A stretch of DNA of 64,000 nucleotides from Hypanus sabinus (lineage: Eukaryota), in NCBI RefSeq assembly GCF_030144855.1, contig NW_026780455.1, positions 248,001 through 312,000 of the forward strand. Reading direction: 5' to 3'. Of this stretch, positions 49,622-61,101 are shown in pieces. A program made the position numbers and the translations under genes. The notes below the pieces were generated by a model, which did not search any database, was not told the DNA's origin, and saw only the letters and a list, made by a program, of their open reading frames with translations. Every line of letters starts with the position of its first letter. Position 1 is the first letter of the stretch.

Positions 49622-50160
49622 ATGCTAGATCTCACTGTGATCTTACGGGTGCTCTTTGCGTGCGGTGGTACTTTAATCGAACATTACAGCCGCCCTGTCT
49701 GCTGCCCGGTTAACTGGACCGTGAACGTTAACCTTAATTTCATAGCTAAATCAGCGAATACAATTTGCTGCCTTCCACATTATCATTTTCCTACAGACAC
49801 CAGAAAGCGATTACGGTGATCAGTCGCTGTTAGTCTGCACATCTCCTTCAGGCACCGATACCTCCGAAGCCTCTCTGACACAGGCCCTCACCACGTCCTG
49901 CTCCTTCAGTTTCTCTGTCAAGAGCTACACGCTCATGCGGTAGACCTGATTTTCCTGAAATATTAATGTCCCGCAAGGTCTTCCGTACCGAAAACGAAAA
50001 AAAAAAATGTTTTAAAAGGACAATATGGAGGCCTTCTGCCGCCATCCACTTCAAGCTTCGACATCCGTGCAGATCTTCTGACCTCTGCTCTTGAAATGTG
50101 TGGTTGCTTGAGTATCCGCAGGGGGAGCTGACTCAGGAAGGCAACGACCACCATGAAAGA
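49622..50160 (+). pseudogene. Possible highly decayed V relic with leader
   Basis: ATG..MLDLTVILRVLFACG G|gtactt (49622-49667), acceptor tcctacag ~49796, then ..TSCSFSFSVKSYTLMR* (C..W spacing 13 if CGG TAG came from TGG TAC), later FKLR..TSALEMCGCLS + CGCAGGG. Needs frameshifts to align. Confidence 0.35.
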
Positions 50161-51059
50161 ACCCCCCCCCCCCCCGACCACCACCACCATCCGGTCTGTG
50201 CCTTCTCCCCGCACCTCCCACCGGGGCAGGAGGAAGAGAAGCTGAATTCCCTACACACATCGTTCAGGGTCAGCGACTTCCCTTCAACCATCCGGTTCCT
50301 GAACCGACCGGCCCAGCCCGGATCGATCCCTCAATACAGCGAAACTGTGAGGCACTTGGCAAAAAGGGGGACTTTGTTTCCGATGCCGCCTGTACCAAAA
50401 AAAGTGGCCACTGCCTGTCTGGCCCTTTTCTTCTGCCACACTCGCCCATCCACTTCCTTAAAACAACCAGCGTAATGAAAGATCCCAGACACAACTCGAG
50501 CAGAATCACTCCCGTTTGACTTCCGACTCTCCAACAGGCCGTTTGTACGAGAGGAGTCTGCAATAATGTGGACTCTCCTCTTCACCACCTACCCAATTGT
50601 GGTCCGTATGGTCCGGTTTCTCTGTTTAACTCCAGACTCGTGGCACCACAAGCTACCCTAAGATTAATTTCCGGGCATTTACAGCAGATGGGTTAAAATA
50701 TAGGAATGGAGCCATTGAAAAAAGATGGACAAACAATTTCTAAATGAAGGCAAACTGTGCATAGGCACAATAAGCAAACAACGTTAAATTTGAATGTAAT
50801 AAATATCATTGAGATCAGAGTCTGCGAAAAATTTAAAGAGATTCGCTATGTTTTTCAAACAGTCAGATGGTGAGCTGAGTGAAGTTGTCAACACTGAGTC
50901 AAGTGCCGGAACCAGTGAGAATAACTTCATTCACCTGAACACTGAAGGAAACGCGATGGCGACTACATTCCGCCTTGCTCTGCGTTTCTGCCGAAGGCCG
51001 ATTACTTTCTGGCACAGAGTTGATTCCCCGATCACGGAATCGTAAGTAGGTAACTGGCA

Positions 51060-51610
51060 GCTCTAATCTGGTAATGCATTTATTTGGAGTCATTTACGGT
51101 GTATTCGGAACCTAATTCCCATGGCTATTCCTGGGATGCCCGGACTGTCTTACGCAGAGAGGTTATAGAGACTGGGATTGTACACGCTGGAATTAAGGAG
51201 ATTGAAAGGGATCTGATTGCAACTTATAAGATTATTAAGGGATTGGACAAGATACAGGCAGGAAATATGTTCCAGATGCTTGAAGATTCCAGTACCAGAG
51301 GGCATGGTTTGAGAATAAGGGGTAGGTCATTTGGGATAGAGTTAAGCAAAAAAATTTTCTCCCACAGAATTCTGGGGTGCGGAATGCACTGCCTCAGAAG
51401 GCAGTGGAGGCTAATTTTCTGGATGCTTTCAAAAATAAGCTAGATAGGTATCTTAAGGATATGGGAATCAAGGGATAATGGGAATCAAGGGATATGGGGA
51501 CAAAGCAGGGACCGGGTATTTATCGTAGATGATCAGCCATGATCTCAGAATGGGGGTGTAGGCTCGAAGGGCCGAATGGTCTACTTCTGCACCTATTGTC
51601 TATTGCCTAT
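51060..51610 (+). mobile_element. CR1 LINE 3' end
   Basis: DLIATYKIIKGLDKIQAGNMFQMLEDSSTRGHGLRIRGRSF and a ctattgtctatt tail. Confidence 0.85.
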
Positions 51611-51867
51611 GGTCTATTGTTATTTCCTCCCAGCTTGGAATCATCCAAACTTGCCTGTAGCGCGCATGCGTGGAACTCGGGTCTCATCACAGCTTGTCAG
51701 CACTGTAAACCGCTCCAAAGAGGCAAATATATTTGCGGAAGTGACACGATTGCCACGGAGCCAATGGGAGAATTGCTTTCTCAGGCCCACGCAGATAGAC
51801 TTCCCCGTGAGCTGAAACGGAACATCACTCGATTCCACACAGCGGAGGTATCCTCGCGCTGTAAATT

Positions 51868-52415
51868 ATGCTGACGGCCAGGCTTTGCATTCCGCTGATC
51901 GCGGCGGTGATCCCGGGTAAGTTAAAACTGCAGGTCTGGGGTCAGGGTGGTAAAATGCCCTTTGTGGAACGGCGAGGTGCAGTTTCGAACGTGGTTCTTC
52001 TTGGTAGATTTTCTCCCCAAGAGGGCCAATGATTTGATGTCTCCCTTTCAACAAATGACAAAGTGTTCCATGACAGATATGTAACGCGCTTGTCAGAGTG
52101 ACCCCCTCCCTGTGAGGTCCTTCAGTTCTGCCACGAAGCTCTGAGAGGATATCGGGGGTTTCTTGTAGGATGCGAGGGGAATTGAAATCAGAACAAATGT
52201 GTGCTTCTTAAACGGCATTTTACCCCGGTTCGTCACTGCGGTTGGATGGATCAGGTTTTGCCCCGATTTTGATTCCGTGTGCGTCAGCGTTTGGGTGTCT
52301 CATCTCACAGCAGTTCGTTGTGTTGATCGCTGAGCGGCCGGTGTCTTTCGGGAGTACAAGCCTCTTCTCCGCAGTCATTGTGTTTGCGTGTCGGCGCTAC
52401 AAGAAAGAAAAGGGG

Positions 52416-52468
<53 letters not shown>

Positions 52469-53061
52469 TAGAGAGAGAGAGAGAGAGAGATGAGTTGAGT
52501 TAGGCTATTCATCCCATCGAGTCCGACCCCACCATTCGGCCAAGGTCCTCGGGTTAGGATCGTACATCACGCCTATTGCACATCGCACAACAGTGCGAAT
52601 CTCCGGGTTAATCGGAGAGTGGCCATGTCTGTCGATAACATCAAACTCTTCCATCAGTCTTGCTTCCGCGCCCTTTGATGATCAATTGAGGGAAATTCGA
52701 GTCTAATCTGATTTGTGTCCTACAGGGATTCTGACCGCCTACGTGGAGCCAATCGCCTTCCTCCCTGTCAATCGCAGAGGGAGAGCCGGCCACTCTCTCG
52801 TGTACGCTGCTGAATACGGGCTATCCAAGTATGTACTGGTACAGACAGCGATCCGGCCGGGCAATTGATGTTCTCTTCTATTCTGCTGGGCAAGGTTCAG
52901 CTATGAACTACACATATGAATCCTACGCGGCGACAAGACCCAGCGACACGCTGTTTAAAACTGGAACTGAGCCGGGGCACCGTCCTCCCCACTCCGCGTC
53001 TACTTCTGCGCTTGTAGTAGCGCACAGAGCTTGAAGTAAAGGTTCTCTCAGTACAAAAACC
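51868..53061 (+). pseudogene. TRBV: TRBV (CACSS family) broken only by five single-base homopolymer indels (possible sequencing artefact)
   Basis: Leader 51868-51916 MLTARLCIPLIAAVIP|gtaagt; V exon from 52726. Against 56806-57099 it has +C ~52749, +A ~52960, +G ~52977, +C ~52990, -C ~52997. RSS CACAGAG-23-ACAAAAACC (53023-53061). GGAAGTGAC at 51737. Confidence 0.9.
52421..52489. repeat. (GA)n microsatellite in the V intron (another at 54282-54332)
   Basis: Visible run. Confidence 0.95.
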
Positions 53062-53100
53062 TTCCTGTTTATCACAGGGATGGTCAGAGTTCCTGTTCCA

Positions 53101-53115
53101 CCACTAGGTGGCAGC
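53101..53115 (+). promoter_or_regulatory. Consensus CTCF element 39 bp 3' of the RSS
   Basis: CCACTAGGTGGCAGC. Confidence 0.75.
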
Positions 53116-53935
53116 ACAGGATTGTGTTTGACAGCCACGTATTCTTTCTCGAACCGACAACAGTTGTCTAGTTTTTTCCTCCTGCTCCATTAACCCCCAA
53201 TATCACAGAGACAAGAATTCTACTTGATATGGCAACTGCTCTACAGTTACCAGCACGTCCACACAGCTCAGTCGATCGTGGAAGCATCCCCTGTATAACA
53301 ATTCCCTTCTGTCAGAGGAGCGTAGTAACGAGCCTCCAGTCGGGCGGAGGACTCAATGATCTGAATGTTCATACCAACAGTCGCAAGGGCAACCTGTTCT
53401 CCCGCTGTTATTGAACTCTCGAGTGGCCCATTTTTACGGGACGATGGCAGATTGACGTGGACCGCTGACGTCTCGATGAACCTCATTATTGTACTGTGCA
53501 CCTGTTCCGCTTTCTTTCTTTAGCTCTTAAACTTTATTGATGTTTCCTATTCTACATCAGTGCTCCGTGTACTGACTTTATATCTGTGAACGATCTTGTG
53601 ACTGCATCTCGTTAGAGGTGACAATAACAAGTCGGTGTTAATACCAGCAGCGGTACCCGCCATCGCTGCTGACTGACCCGCTGGAGTTTTCCTACTACAT
53701 TGCCCATGACACTAAATTCAGCGATAAAACAAATTGTCACGGGTGAACACGTGGATCCGCGAACCTCAACCCTACCTTAGCTGATACATTAAGTGCCGTC
53801 CACTCACGATTGAAAAGACCCATGGCATTACCATCGGCTACTAGGGACCGTCGCTAGAATGCAGACAGACTGAAGGCTGGATATCAATAAGGCCTTCCTT
53901 GTGTTTATTCATATTCGGCCAATAATCCCGAGTCT

Positions 53936-53949
53936 GCTGCAGAGGGCGC
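53936..53949 (+). promoter_or_regulatory. Candidate CTCF element
   Basis: GCTGCAGAGGGCGC(TGTTGG). Confidence 0.5.
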
Positions 53950-54278
53950 TGTTGGACCATGAAGCATCTGATGTGCAGATCCGTCTGTCGGCAGAACAGG
54001 GGCATTTTGACGGGACTCTGAGATGTCGAGTCGTGAAAACTGTCCTATCATCGGGCAGAGGCTTTCATTCGCAAGATTTCTTGTGCTGCTAGCTCTTATG
54101 CATCCACTGCAATTCAACAATTGCGCTGTCAAAAGGACGGCGTGGTAATCAACGCTCAAACTCTACCACCCTATCCCTTGGAAATGATGCGGCGGTTTCT
54201 TCCACGGCTTTGAACGCTTTATCTATTTCTATTGCAGTTAACAAGGATTACGTCAACGAGTAATGAGTAATTCAGGTG

Positions 54279-54335
<57 letters not shown>

Positions 54336-55234
54336 AGCAAAGTGGGGAGGTGGACAGACAGTGAAAAAACCGAACGGTAGTGAGATGGTTTGATAGATTG
54401 AGTGAATAGATACATAGACGGCGAGATGAAGGGAGAAAATGGAGGAAAGAAGTATGAAAGTCGGAAAGTGAAAGAAAATGGAAAGAAGATTGAAAGAAAG
54501 AGAGGGAGAGAGACAGACAGAAGGAAAGAAACAACGAAAGAGAATGTATAATCAACGTAAGTGCAGCTTTCCACATGATACCCCGAGATTCGATTTGAGA
54601 CAGGTACTCACAGTATAATAAATAAATACAATAGAATAAATGGGGAAAAGAAATTACACACAATGATAGAAAATGAAGCAGCGTTATAAAGATAAACTGG
54701 GCAAACAAACAAAGAAATACATAATTCAAAAAATAGGCAGATAGATCGATACATAAATACATAAGCAAATAAATAAATAAATAAATAAATAGACAGATAA
54801 GTAGATAGAAAAAATAAATAATATATATAAAGAACGATAAGTAAATATATAAATAACTGGTAGACGTTAAAAACAATACATTGATAACACGAGGTGCAGG
54901 AAGTGAGTCCTGATCAATGTCGTGATCAGTGAATTTACCAAACACTGGTAAAGGACTGTGCTGGTTGAAAGACTGTAACTCTTCCTCATCGTGGTCGTGT
55001 GGGTCCTGAGGTTCCTGTACCTCTTCCCGATAGCAGCAGCGAGAAGAGAGTTTGGCCTGCATGGCGAGTGTCCTTATCGATGGAGGCTGCTTTCTCGTCT
55101 CTCGATGCTCCCATGTGGATATGATAATTGATCAGGCGGGCCTCTGGTGGACTGGGCCGCATCCACCACAATGTCCCAGCCAAACCCAGAAAGGCTGAGG
55201 CGTTGCCGTGCATTCTTTGGAATTAGAATCGAAT

Positions 55235-55545
55235 CGATTCCGGCCATGCACGTGGAGCAGTCGCCGACTTCTCTGCCGATTATAATGGGACACAGATCAA
55301 CGCACACCGCGGAACACGGGCAACACCATTTTCTATTCGTACAGACAGGGACCCGACAAGGCAGAAGTAACTCTCTTCTATTCCGCCGGGGGAGCTCGAA
55401 TCAACAGATACACATCTGAGACCTACACGACCATGGAAACCAGCAGCAGTTCCTCGCACTGTCTCGCACACTCACCCCGCCATCTATTTCTGCGCCGAGA
55501 GTAGCGCCCAGAGCCGGAGAAGGAGAGTCACAGCTGACAAAATTC
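55235..55545 (+). pseudogene. TRBV: Decayed TRBV pseudogene (CACSS family)
   Basis: cgattccggccATGCACGTGGAGCAGTCGCC (MHVEQSP), gtacagacag..ctcttctattccgccggg (YRQ..LFYSAG), atctatttctgcgcc. Deletions present and acceptor lost. RSS CCCAGAG-23-ACAAAATTC (55507-55545). Confidence 0.85.
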
Positions 55546-56083
55546 TTCCGCGCTGTCGCTGCAACACTTGGGGTCAGAGAAAAGATTGACTTTCTGTCTC
55601 GACCGGATGGCTGGTGCTCCCTCGAACACTGTTCACTGTCTCTTCCACCAGACTCTGTACTTGCTGGCATTTTGGATCAGCCAATATGAAATGTCACAAT
55701 CGGCTGCTGTTCCCGCATACCATCCGTCTGCCCCGGCCGTTCCCCTCCGTACAGCATCCAGGCGGCTTTTCTCCATTCGCCCCTTGTCGCAGCCCTACAG
55801 ACACCATTTGTCCTCTAATATTCTCTTGACCTTTCCTACCGTTTCTCAAATAGGCCGCTTATTTTGAGGGTATGGTGAAGTGACGTTTAGTTTCTGCAAT
55901 CGAAGCAAAACACGGTTGAAGCTCCATTATGGTTGCGTAAACCCTGACCTCGGGAACATTGGCCAATTATTTTAAACCGGGTTCCCATTAATGTGCACCT
56001 CCCAGCTTCAAACCGTCCGAACGTATCTGCATTGCATGAACTCACCTCGGGTATCATCGTCAGTCCGAAGGTGTTCACCGTAG

Positions 56084-56097
56084 CGGAAGTGACGTCA
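56084..56097 (+). promoter_or_regulatory. Overlapping ETS + CRE decamer promoter element
   Basis: CGGAAGTGACGTCA, ending 108 bp before the ATG at 56205. Confidence 0.8.
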
Positions 56098-56204
56098 TCT
56101 CCACAAAAACAACGAGAATCTCGTTCCTTCATCAGACCACACAGACAGACTTCCCTGAGAGTTGGCTCTGAGCTTCACATAGAGGAAATATCCTCATCCT
56201 GTAG

Positions 56205-57099
56205 ATGATGGTGCGGAGGATTGTTCGCCTCCCGCTGATCGTGGCGATGATCTCACGTAAGTACAAATCACAGATCTCGGGGAAAGGGTGTGGAACGACG
56301 TGTTTCAGCATCGTACGTGGTTGGGCTTGGCAGATCTTCTGGACATGAGGCCGAAGGTTTGATGCCTACCTTGCTACTCATGAGCCGAATGTGAAAGCGC
56401 CTTCCCACTGATAAATCCTTGCCGCGCTGGTCGAACAGACCCGATTGAAATTGCGCGTTTCCTTCAGTTTCGCTAGGCTTGGATGGGGGTATCGTGATTA
56501 CTCCGAGGGTGTGTGGGGTTCTGCGCCAAAATTGAAACTAGACCAAATGAGAATATGCTTAACGACATTTAACCCCGCTTCCTCGTTGCGGTTCGAAGAG
56601 TCTCGTTTTATCTGAATTAGAGGGCATGTGTGTCAGGATGCTGTGTTGCGCCAATTTCACGGTGCAGAATAGTGTGAAACTTCGGGTTAACCGGAGAGTG
56701 GACAGAATATTTTGGGAACGCCAGCCCATTCCTGCTGTCAAGATCACACGCGAACTGATCAGCCATTCAGGGAAATTGGAGATTAATCGATTTTCTGTTT
56801 TACAGGGATTCTGACCGTGTTCGTTGACCAGTCGCCTTCCTCCTTATCAGTCGTAGAGGGTGAGATGGCCAGCGTCTCGTGTACGCTGCTGAAAACGGAC
56901 TATACACGAATGTATTGGTACAGGCAGCGACCCGGCCAGGCAATAGATTGTCTCTTCTACTCTGCTGGACAAGGTTCGGTCACGAACTACACATCCGATT
57001 CCTTCACGGCTACAAGACGCAGCAGCACTCTGTTTAAACTGGAATTGGGACGGGCATCGGCCTCCCACTCCGCCGTCTACTACTGCGCTTGTAGTAGCG
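56205..57099 (+). CDS. TRBV: Intact TCR beta V segment (CACSS family); leader 56205-56256, V exon 56806-57099
   Basis: MMVRRIVRLPLIVAMIS|gtaagt..ttacag|RILTVFVDQSPSSLSVVEGEMASVSCTLLKTDYTRMYWYRQRPGQAIDCLFYSAGQGSVTNYTSDSFTATRRSSTLFKLELGRASASHSAVYYCACSS. Confidence 0.92.
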
Positions 57100-57138
57100 C
57101 ACAGAACTTCAGATAACGAGTCTCCCACTACAAATACC
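57100..57138 (+). other. 23-RSS
   Basis: CACAGAA - 23 nt - ACAAATACC. Confidence 0.9.
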
Positions 57139-57177
57139 TTCCAGCCTGCAGCAGGGAGGTTCAGTCGCCATGTTGTA

Positions 57178-57192
57178 CCAGTAGGTGGCAGC
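57178..57192 (+). promoter_or_regulatory. Consensus CTCF element 39 bp 3' of the RSS
   Basis: CCAGTAGGTGGCAGC. Confidence 0.75.
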
Positions 57193-58379
57193 ACAAGACC
57201 ATGTTCGGCTGCTCCCTTCTGTCAAGAACGAGCTGCACTCGGCTGCATTTCCGCGCGTGCACCTGCTATGTCAGATATCACATCGACGAGCAAAGGGGCT
57301 TTGATGGATAACGCACTGTTGTACCATCTGCTCTGCAATTGACAGCGGGAAACCGGAGAGGGCCCTATCCACAGCTGAGCACATCGCTCAACCGTCCCCT
57401 CTGTCCGTCCACCTCGTTACCTCAGTCAAGCAGCCGATGATAATAAAGGCTCCAGTCACCAATCCAGCAGGATCTTTACCGTCGTTACCCTATTCTTATG
57501 CTCGAGGATGGGACAATAATGTGGATTCTCTACTTCACAATCTACCTCTCTGTAGTCCTGTTCACCCACAATGCGGTTTCCTATGTCGGTTTTAAATATT
57601 ATTGATGAGCCTTATTATACACCAGTACTGTGATCTGTATGCAGGACCAGCTTTTCACTGTAACTCCAGAGAGGCAGCTAGTGTAAACAAATTTATTAAT
57701 TTACCTTTCTCTATTTCAAATCAAAATGTTATGAATTGATCTCTGCGACAAGCTTTTCACCGCATAACTGCACAGGAATTCTCTGCGGCCAAGAATTGTA
57801 ATTCCAAATCCCTATCACTATACTCTATCAGTCCAACCTTTGACCTTTCCCTTCAACCTGACATCACCTATCACATTCCAGCTGTCCTTTAACTCATCCG
57901 GCAAATTTTATTTCAGGCATCGTTCTCCAAACCCCTCCCCGTGCACTTTTCACTCTCAGTCCTGATAAACGGTCTCGGCCTGAAGCATCTAATGTAACAC
58001 TTTACTATAAGGCCATCAAGAGCGCTGGAGCACTAGTTTCCGGCCACAGTAAAAACTTTCCACCTATTCACCAAAAGGTGTGGAATCGGCCTTTAGCCAC
58101 TTGAGGGCATCAGCACTCAATGTATCGCTGCACATTGCCCTGATCGAACTGCACACAACAACGCGCAAAATTTAAGACGTTGCATCTGTAAAAGTTTGTC
58201 TTACGGATGCATCTGTACAAATGCTAAAATCTGACACATGCATCTATGCCTTGTATAGTTATGTAATTAATCGGGGAAACTTCCGTTTGGTGACATCCTG
58301 TACCTAATAAAATGGCAACTCACAGTATGTTCGTGGTCCGCTGCCATTGCAGTCAATTCTCTCCAAGGTTCTACATATT

Positions 58380-58550
58380 GTGCATTCAGAGATGCTCCTC
58401 TGCACACCACTGTTGTAACACGTGGGAACTTGAAACGCTGCCGCCGTCCTCTCAGCTTGAAAGAGTCTGACCGTTCTCCTCTGACATCGGCCATTAACCG
58501 GGTGTTTTCAACCACGTAATTACCACAACAGTGTTTCGCGACATTCTCTG
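58380..58550 (-). mobile_element. Tc1-like transposase fragment
   Basis: Minus-strand ..ENTRLMADVRGERSDSFKLRGRRQ..TTVVCRGASLN looks like a frameshifted Tc1 DNA-binding segment (..RRMARLVQADRKAT..YNSGVQKSISE), recognised from memory. Confidence 0.5.
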
Positions 58551-60530
58551 TAAACACAAGAGAAATTAGTGTGTGAATATCCGAGGATTTCAGTCGTTTC
58601 TGAGATATACAACCTCTACCGGATTGGCACCAATATGCATTCTACAACCAAAGTAAATTAGCTCACATTTCTTCCCTATTCTGATGATTGGACTGATTCG
58701 GAATGGAACCTCTTGACCATCTCTGCATGTTCTTCTGTATTGACGCTGCAACACGATTGGCTGATGAGACATTCGCATTATCGAGTGGGCGTAGAGCTGT
58801 CTACTAAAGTGGCCACGTCATCTGGCTAACTTGAATGAAAACGTGGATAGATACGATTGTAATTTTGAAAAGGACACAACGATTGAAACATGGATGTTAG
58901 AGCGGGTTCTCAGTGGAGAAAGCGGAATATCTGTGGAGTCACTGCGTATCTGTAGCTGATAATGATTCCACGGAGTGTATGTTGTGTTATTTATATTATC
59001 AACTCTGCAGACCGTCGCTGCAACTTCTCATCTTTCGCAGTATTCCGTCTAGAGGAGCGATTGCCCAACCCGAGGCAGGAGCATATTGAGCTCCTACTGA
59101 TCTTTCGCTTCTTTTCCTACCAGGGGACAAACGACGTTTTGTGTTTGCTGTATAACCGCAACGTCTGCATCAACTCGCCACGAAATTCTCTGTGACATTC
59201 ACGCGCTTTCAGTCTGCGGGTCCAGAGTCAGTGAACCAGTAGACACACACAAATGCATTATGGATAATTCNNNNNNNNNNNNNNNNNNNNNNNNNNNNNN
59301 NNNNNNNNNNNNNNNNNNNNNNNNNNNNNNNNNNNNNNNNNNNNNNNNNNNNNNNNNNNNNNNNNNNNNNNNNNNNNNNNNNNNNNNNNNNNNNNNNNNN
59401 NNNNNNNNNNNNNNNNNNNNNNNNNNNNNNNNNNNNNNNNNNNNNNNNNNNNNNNNNNNNNNNNNNNNNNNNNNNNNNNNNNNNNNNNNNNNNNNNNNNN
59501 NNNNNNNNNNNNNNNNNNNNNNNNNNNNNNNNNNNNNNNNNNNNNNNNNNNNNNNNNNNNNNNNNNNNNNNNNNNNNNNNNNNNNNNNNNNNNNNNNNNN
59601 NTATACGCACATACATACGTACATAGATAGATAGATGTTTGGAGAGACAGATACAGATATAGCAAGTTCACAGTTCATTATTAATTTCTGACGTATACCA
59701 TTCCATACCCTGGGTCAGCAATATTGATTGTTTCTGTTCTAACCAGGAAAAGCAAAGAGTTTCCCATAGCTGATGTATCACCACAGCTTCTTCATTCACC
59801 CAACACGAAATCCCTGTGGCGTTCACGCGCTTTCAGCATCTGAGTCAGGGATGCGGAGAAATATTCAGAAGCATTTTGAATAATTCAGGAAGATCCGTGG
59901 ATAAATAAATAGATACATAGATAAATACACACAAACATAGNNNNNNNNNNNNNNNNNNNNNNNNNNNNNNNNNNNNNNNNNNNNNNNNNNNNNNNNNNNN
60001 NNNNNNNNNNNNNNNNNNNNNNNNNNNNNNNNNNNNNNNNNNNNNNNNNNNNNNNNNNNNNNNNNNNNNNNNNNNNNNNNNNNNNNNNNNNNNNNNNNNN
60101 NNNNNNNNNNNNNNNNNNNNNNNNNNNNNNNNNNNNNNNNNNNNNNNNNNNNNNNNNNNNNNNNNNNNNNNNNNNNNNNNNNNNNNNNNNNNNNNNNNNN
60201 NNNNNNNNNNNNNNNNNNNNNNNNNNNNNNNNNNNNNNNNNNNNNNNNNNNNNNNNNNNNNNNNNNNNNNNNNNNNNNNNNNNNNNNNNNNNNNNNNNNN
60301 NNNNNNNNNNNNNNNNNNNNNNNNNNNNNNNNNNNNNNNNNNNNNNNNNNNNNNNNNNNNNNNNNNNNNNNNNNNNNNNNNNNNNNNNNNNNNNNNNNNN
60401 NNNNNNNNNNNNNNNNNNNNNNNNNNNNNNNNNTTCTTTAATCAAGCGACTCTGCAGAACCTGCGACCTCCACTCTCATTCGGTTTTCTTCTGAAGACAA
60501 AGGAAGAACGTACCGCCCATCAATTACACA

Positions 60531-60547
60531 GGAAGTGATAGACGTCA
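60531..60547 (+). promoter_or_regulatory. Variant ETS/CRE promoter element
   Basis: GGAAGTGATAGACGTCA, ending 108 bp before the ACG codon (60655) that precedes the ATG. Confidence 0.65.
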
Positions 60548-60657
60548 TAGGGCCAATCGACAGCAGCAACTATATCGAGCAACGCAGAACATTTCTTAGG
60601 AAAGCTTGTCTTCAACGGCACTCCACCCCAAAGTCAGGGTCTACTCTGCAAACGACG

Positions 60658-61101
60658 ATGCGGGGAACATATTGTCTTCCGCTGATCCTGGCATTGATCC
60701 CGCGTAAGTCAGGTTAATAATGGTCCTGGGGAAGGTAATTCAGTTTCAGAGAACGGGCTACCATTTGTTGAGAGAAATTAGACTCTAATGGTATTTTTTC
60801 CATGCAGGGATTCTGACCATGTATGTGGAACAGTCGTCCCTTTCCCTGTCAGTTGGATTGGGAGAGTCAAGCACCGTCCAATGCACTCTGCTGAATTCGG
60901 GCTATACTAATATGTATTGGTACAGACAGCGACCGGACGGGGCAATAGAAGCTCTTTTCTATTCTGCTGGAATAGATATCGTCAACAGTTACACGTCGGA
61001 GTCTTACGCGGCAACAAGATCCAGCAGCACTTTCTTTCAGCTGGAACTAAAGAATGCCTCGCACTCTCACGCGGCCGTCTATTTCTGCGCCTGTAGTAGC
61101 G
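60658..61101 (+). CDS. TRBV: Intact TCR beta V segment (CACSS family); leader 60658-60703, V exon 60808-61101
   Basis: MRGTYCLPLILALIP|gtaagt..atgcag|RILTMYVEQSSLSLSVGLGESSTVQCTLLNSGYTNMYWYRQRPDGAIEALFYSAGIDIVNSYTSESYAATRSSSTFFQLELKNASHSHAAVYFCACSS. Confidence 0.92.

Noticed and set aside
50960-51050. gccgattacttt..CACAGAG resembling an EADYFC V end
   Set aside because: No Cys in frame, no nonamer, and no upstream V motifs.
53492-53505. TACTGTG|CACCTGT resembling a germline signal joint
   Set aside because: No nonamer at 12 or 23 nt on the side checked. I saw no convincing signal joint or germline-joined VDJ in the window.
53900-54230. Minus-strand ..RDRVVEFER..LQW.. and ADSG resembling a V
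   Set aside because: The DSG part overlaps the non-coding CTCF module shared with 47.6k, the frame has stops, and there is no RSS.
54253-55062. 269-aa ORF, and similar long hydrophobic or charged ORFs at 14231-14822, 23549-23877, 43381-43890, 46260-46622
   Set aside because: They are translations of pyrimidine/purine-rich intron tracts and microsatellites.
31905-55545. Leaderless V segments as NAR-TCR-like supporting V domains (a double-V receptor)
   Set aside because: Both leaderless V segments are decayed with broken heptamers, and no upstream NAR-like V-D-J unit is present.
13436-55770. Recurring GCATCC(A/G)G(GC/A)GGCTTT word at ~13436, ~46965 and ~55753
   Set aside because: Short, with inconsistent position and orientation relative to V segments; cannot be distinguished from chance by eye.
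59199-60445. Long ORFs made of X
   Set aside because: Artefacts of N gaps (also at 21.1k, 46.4k, 47.9k, 61.7k).
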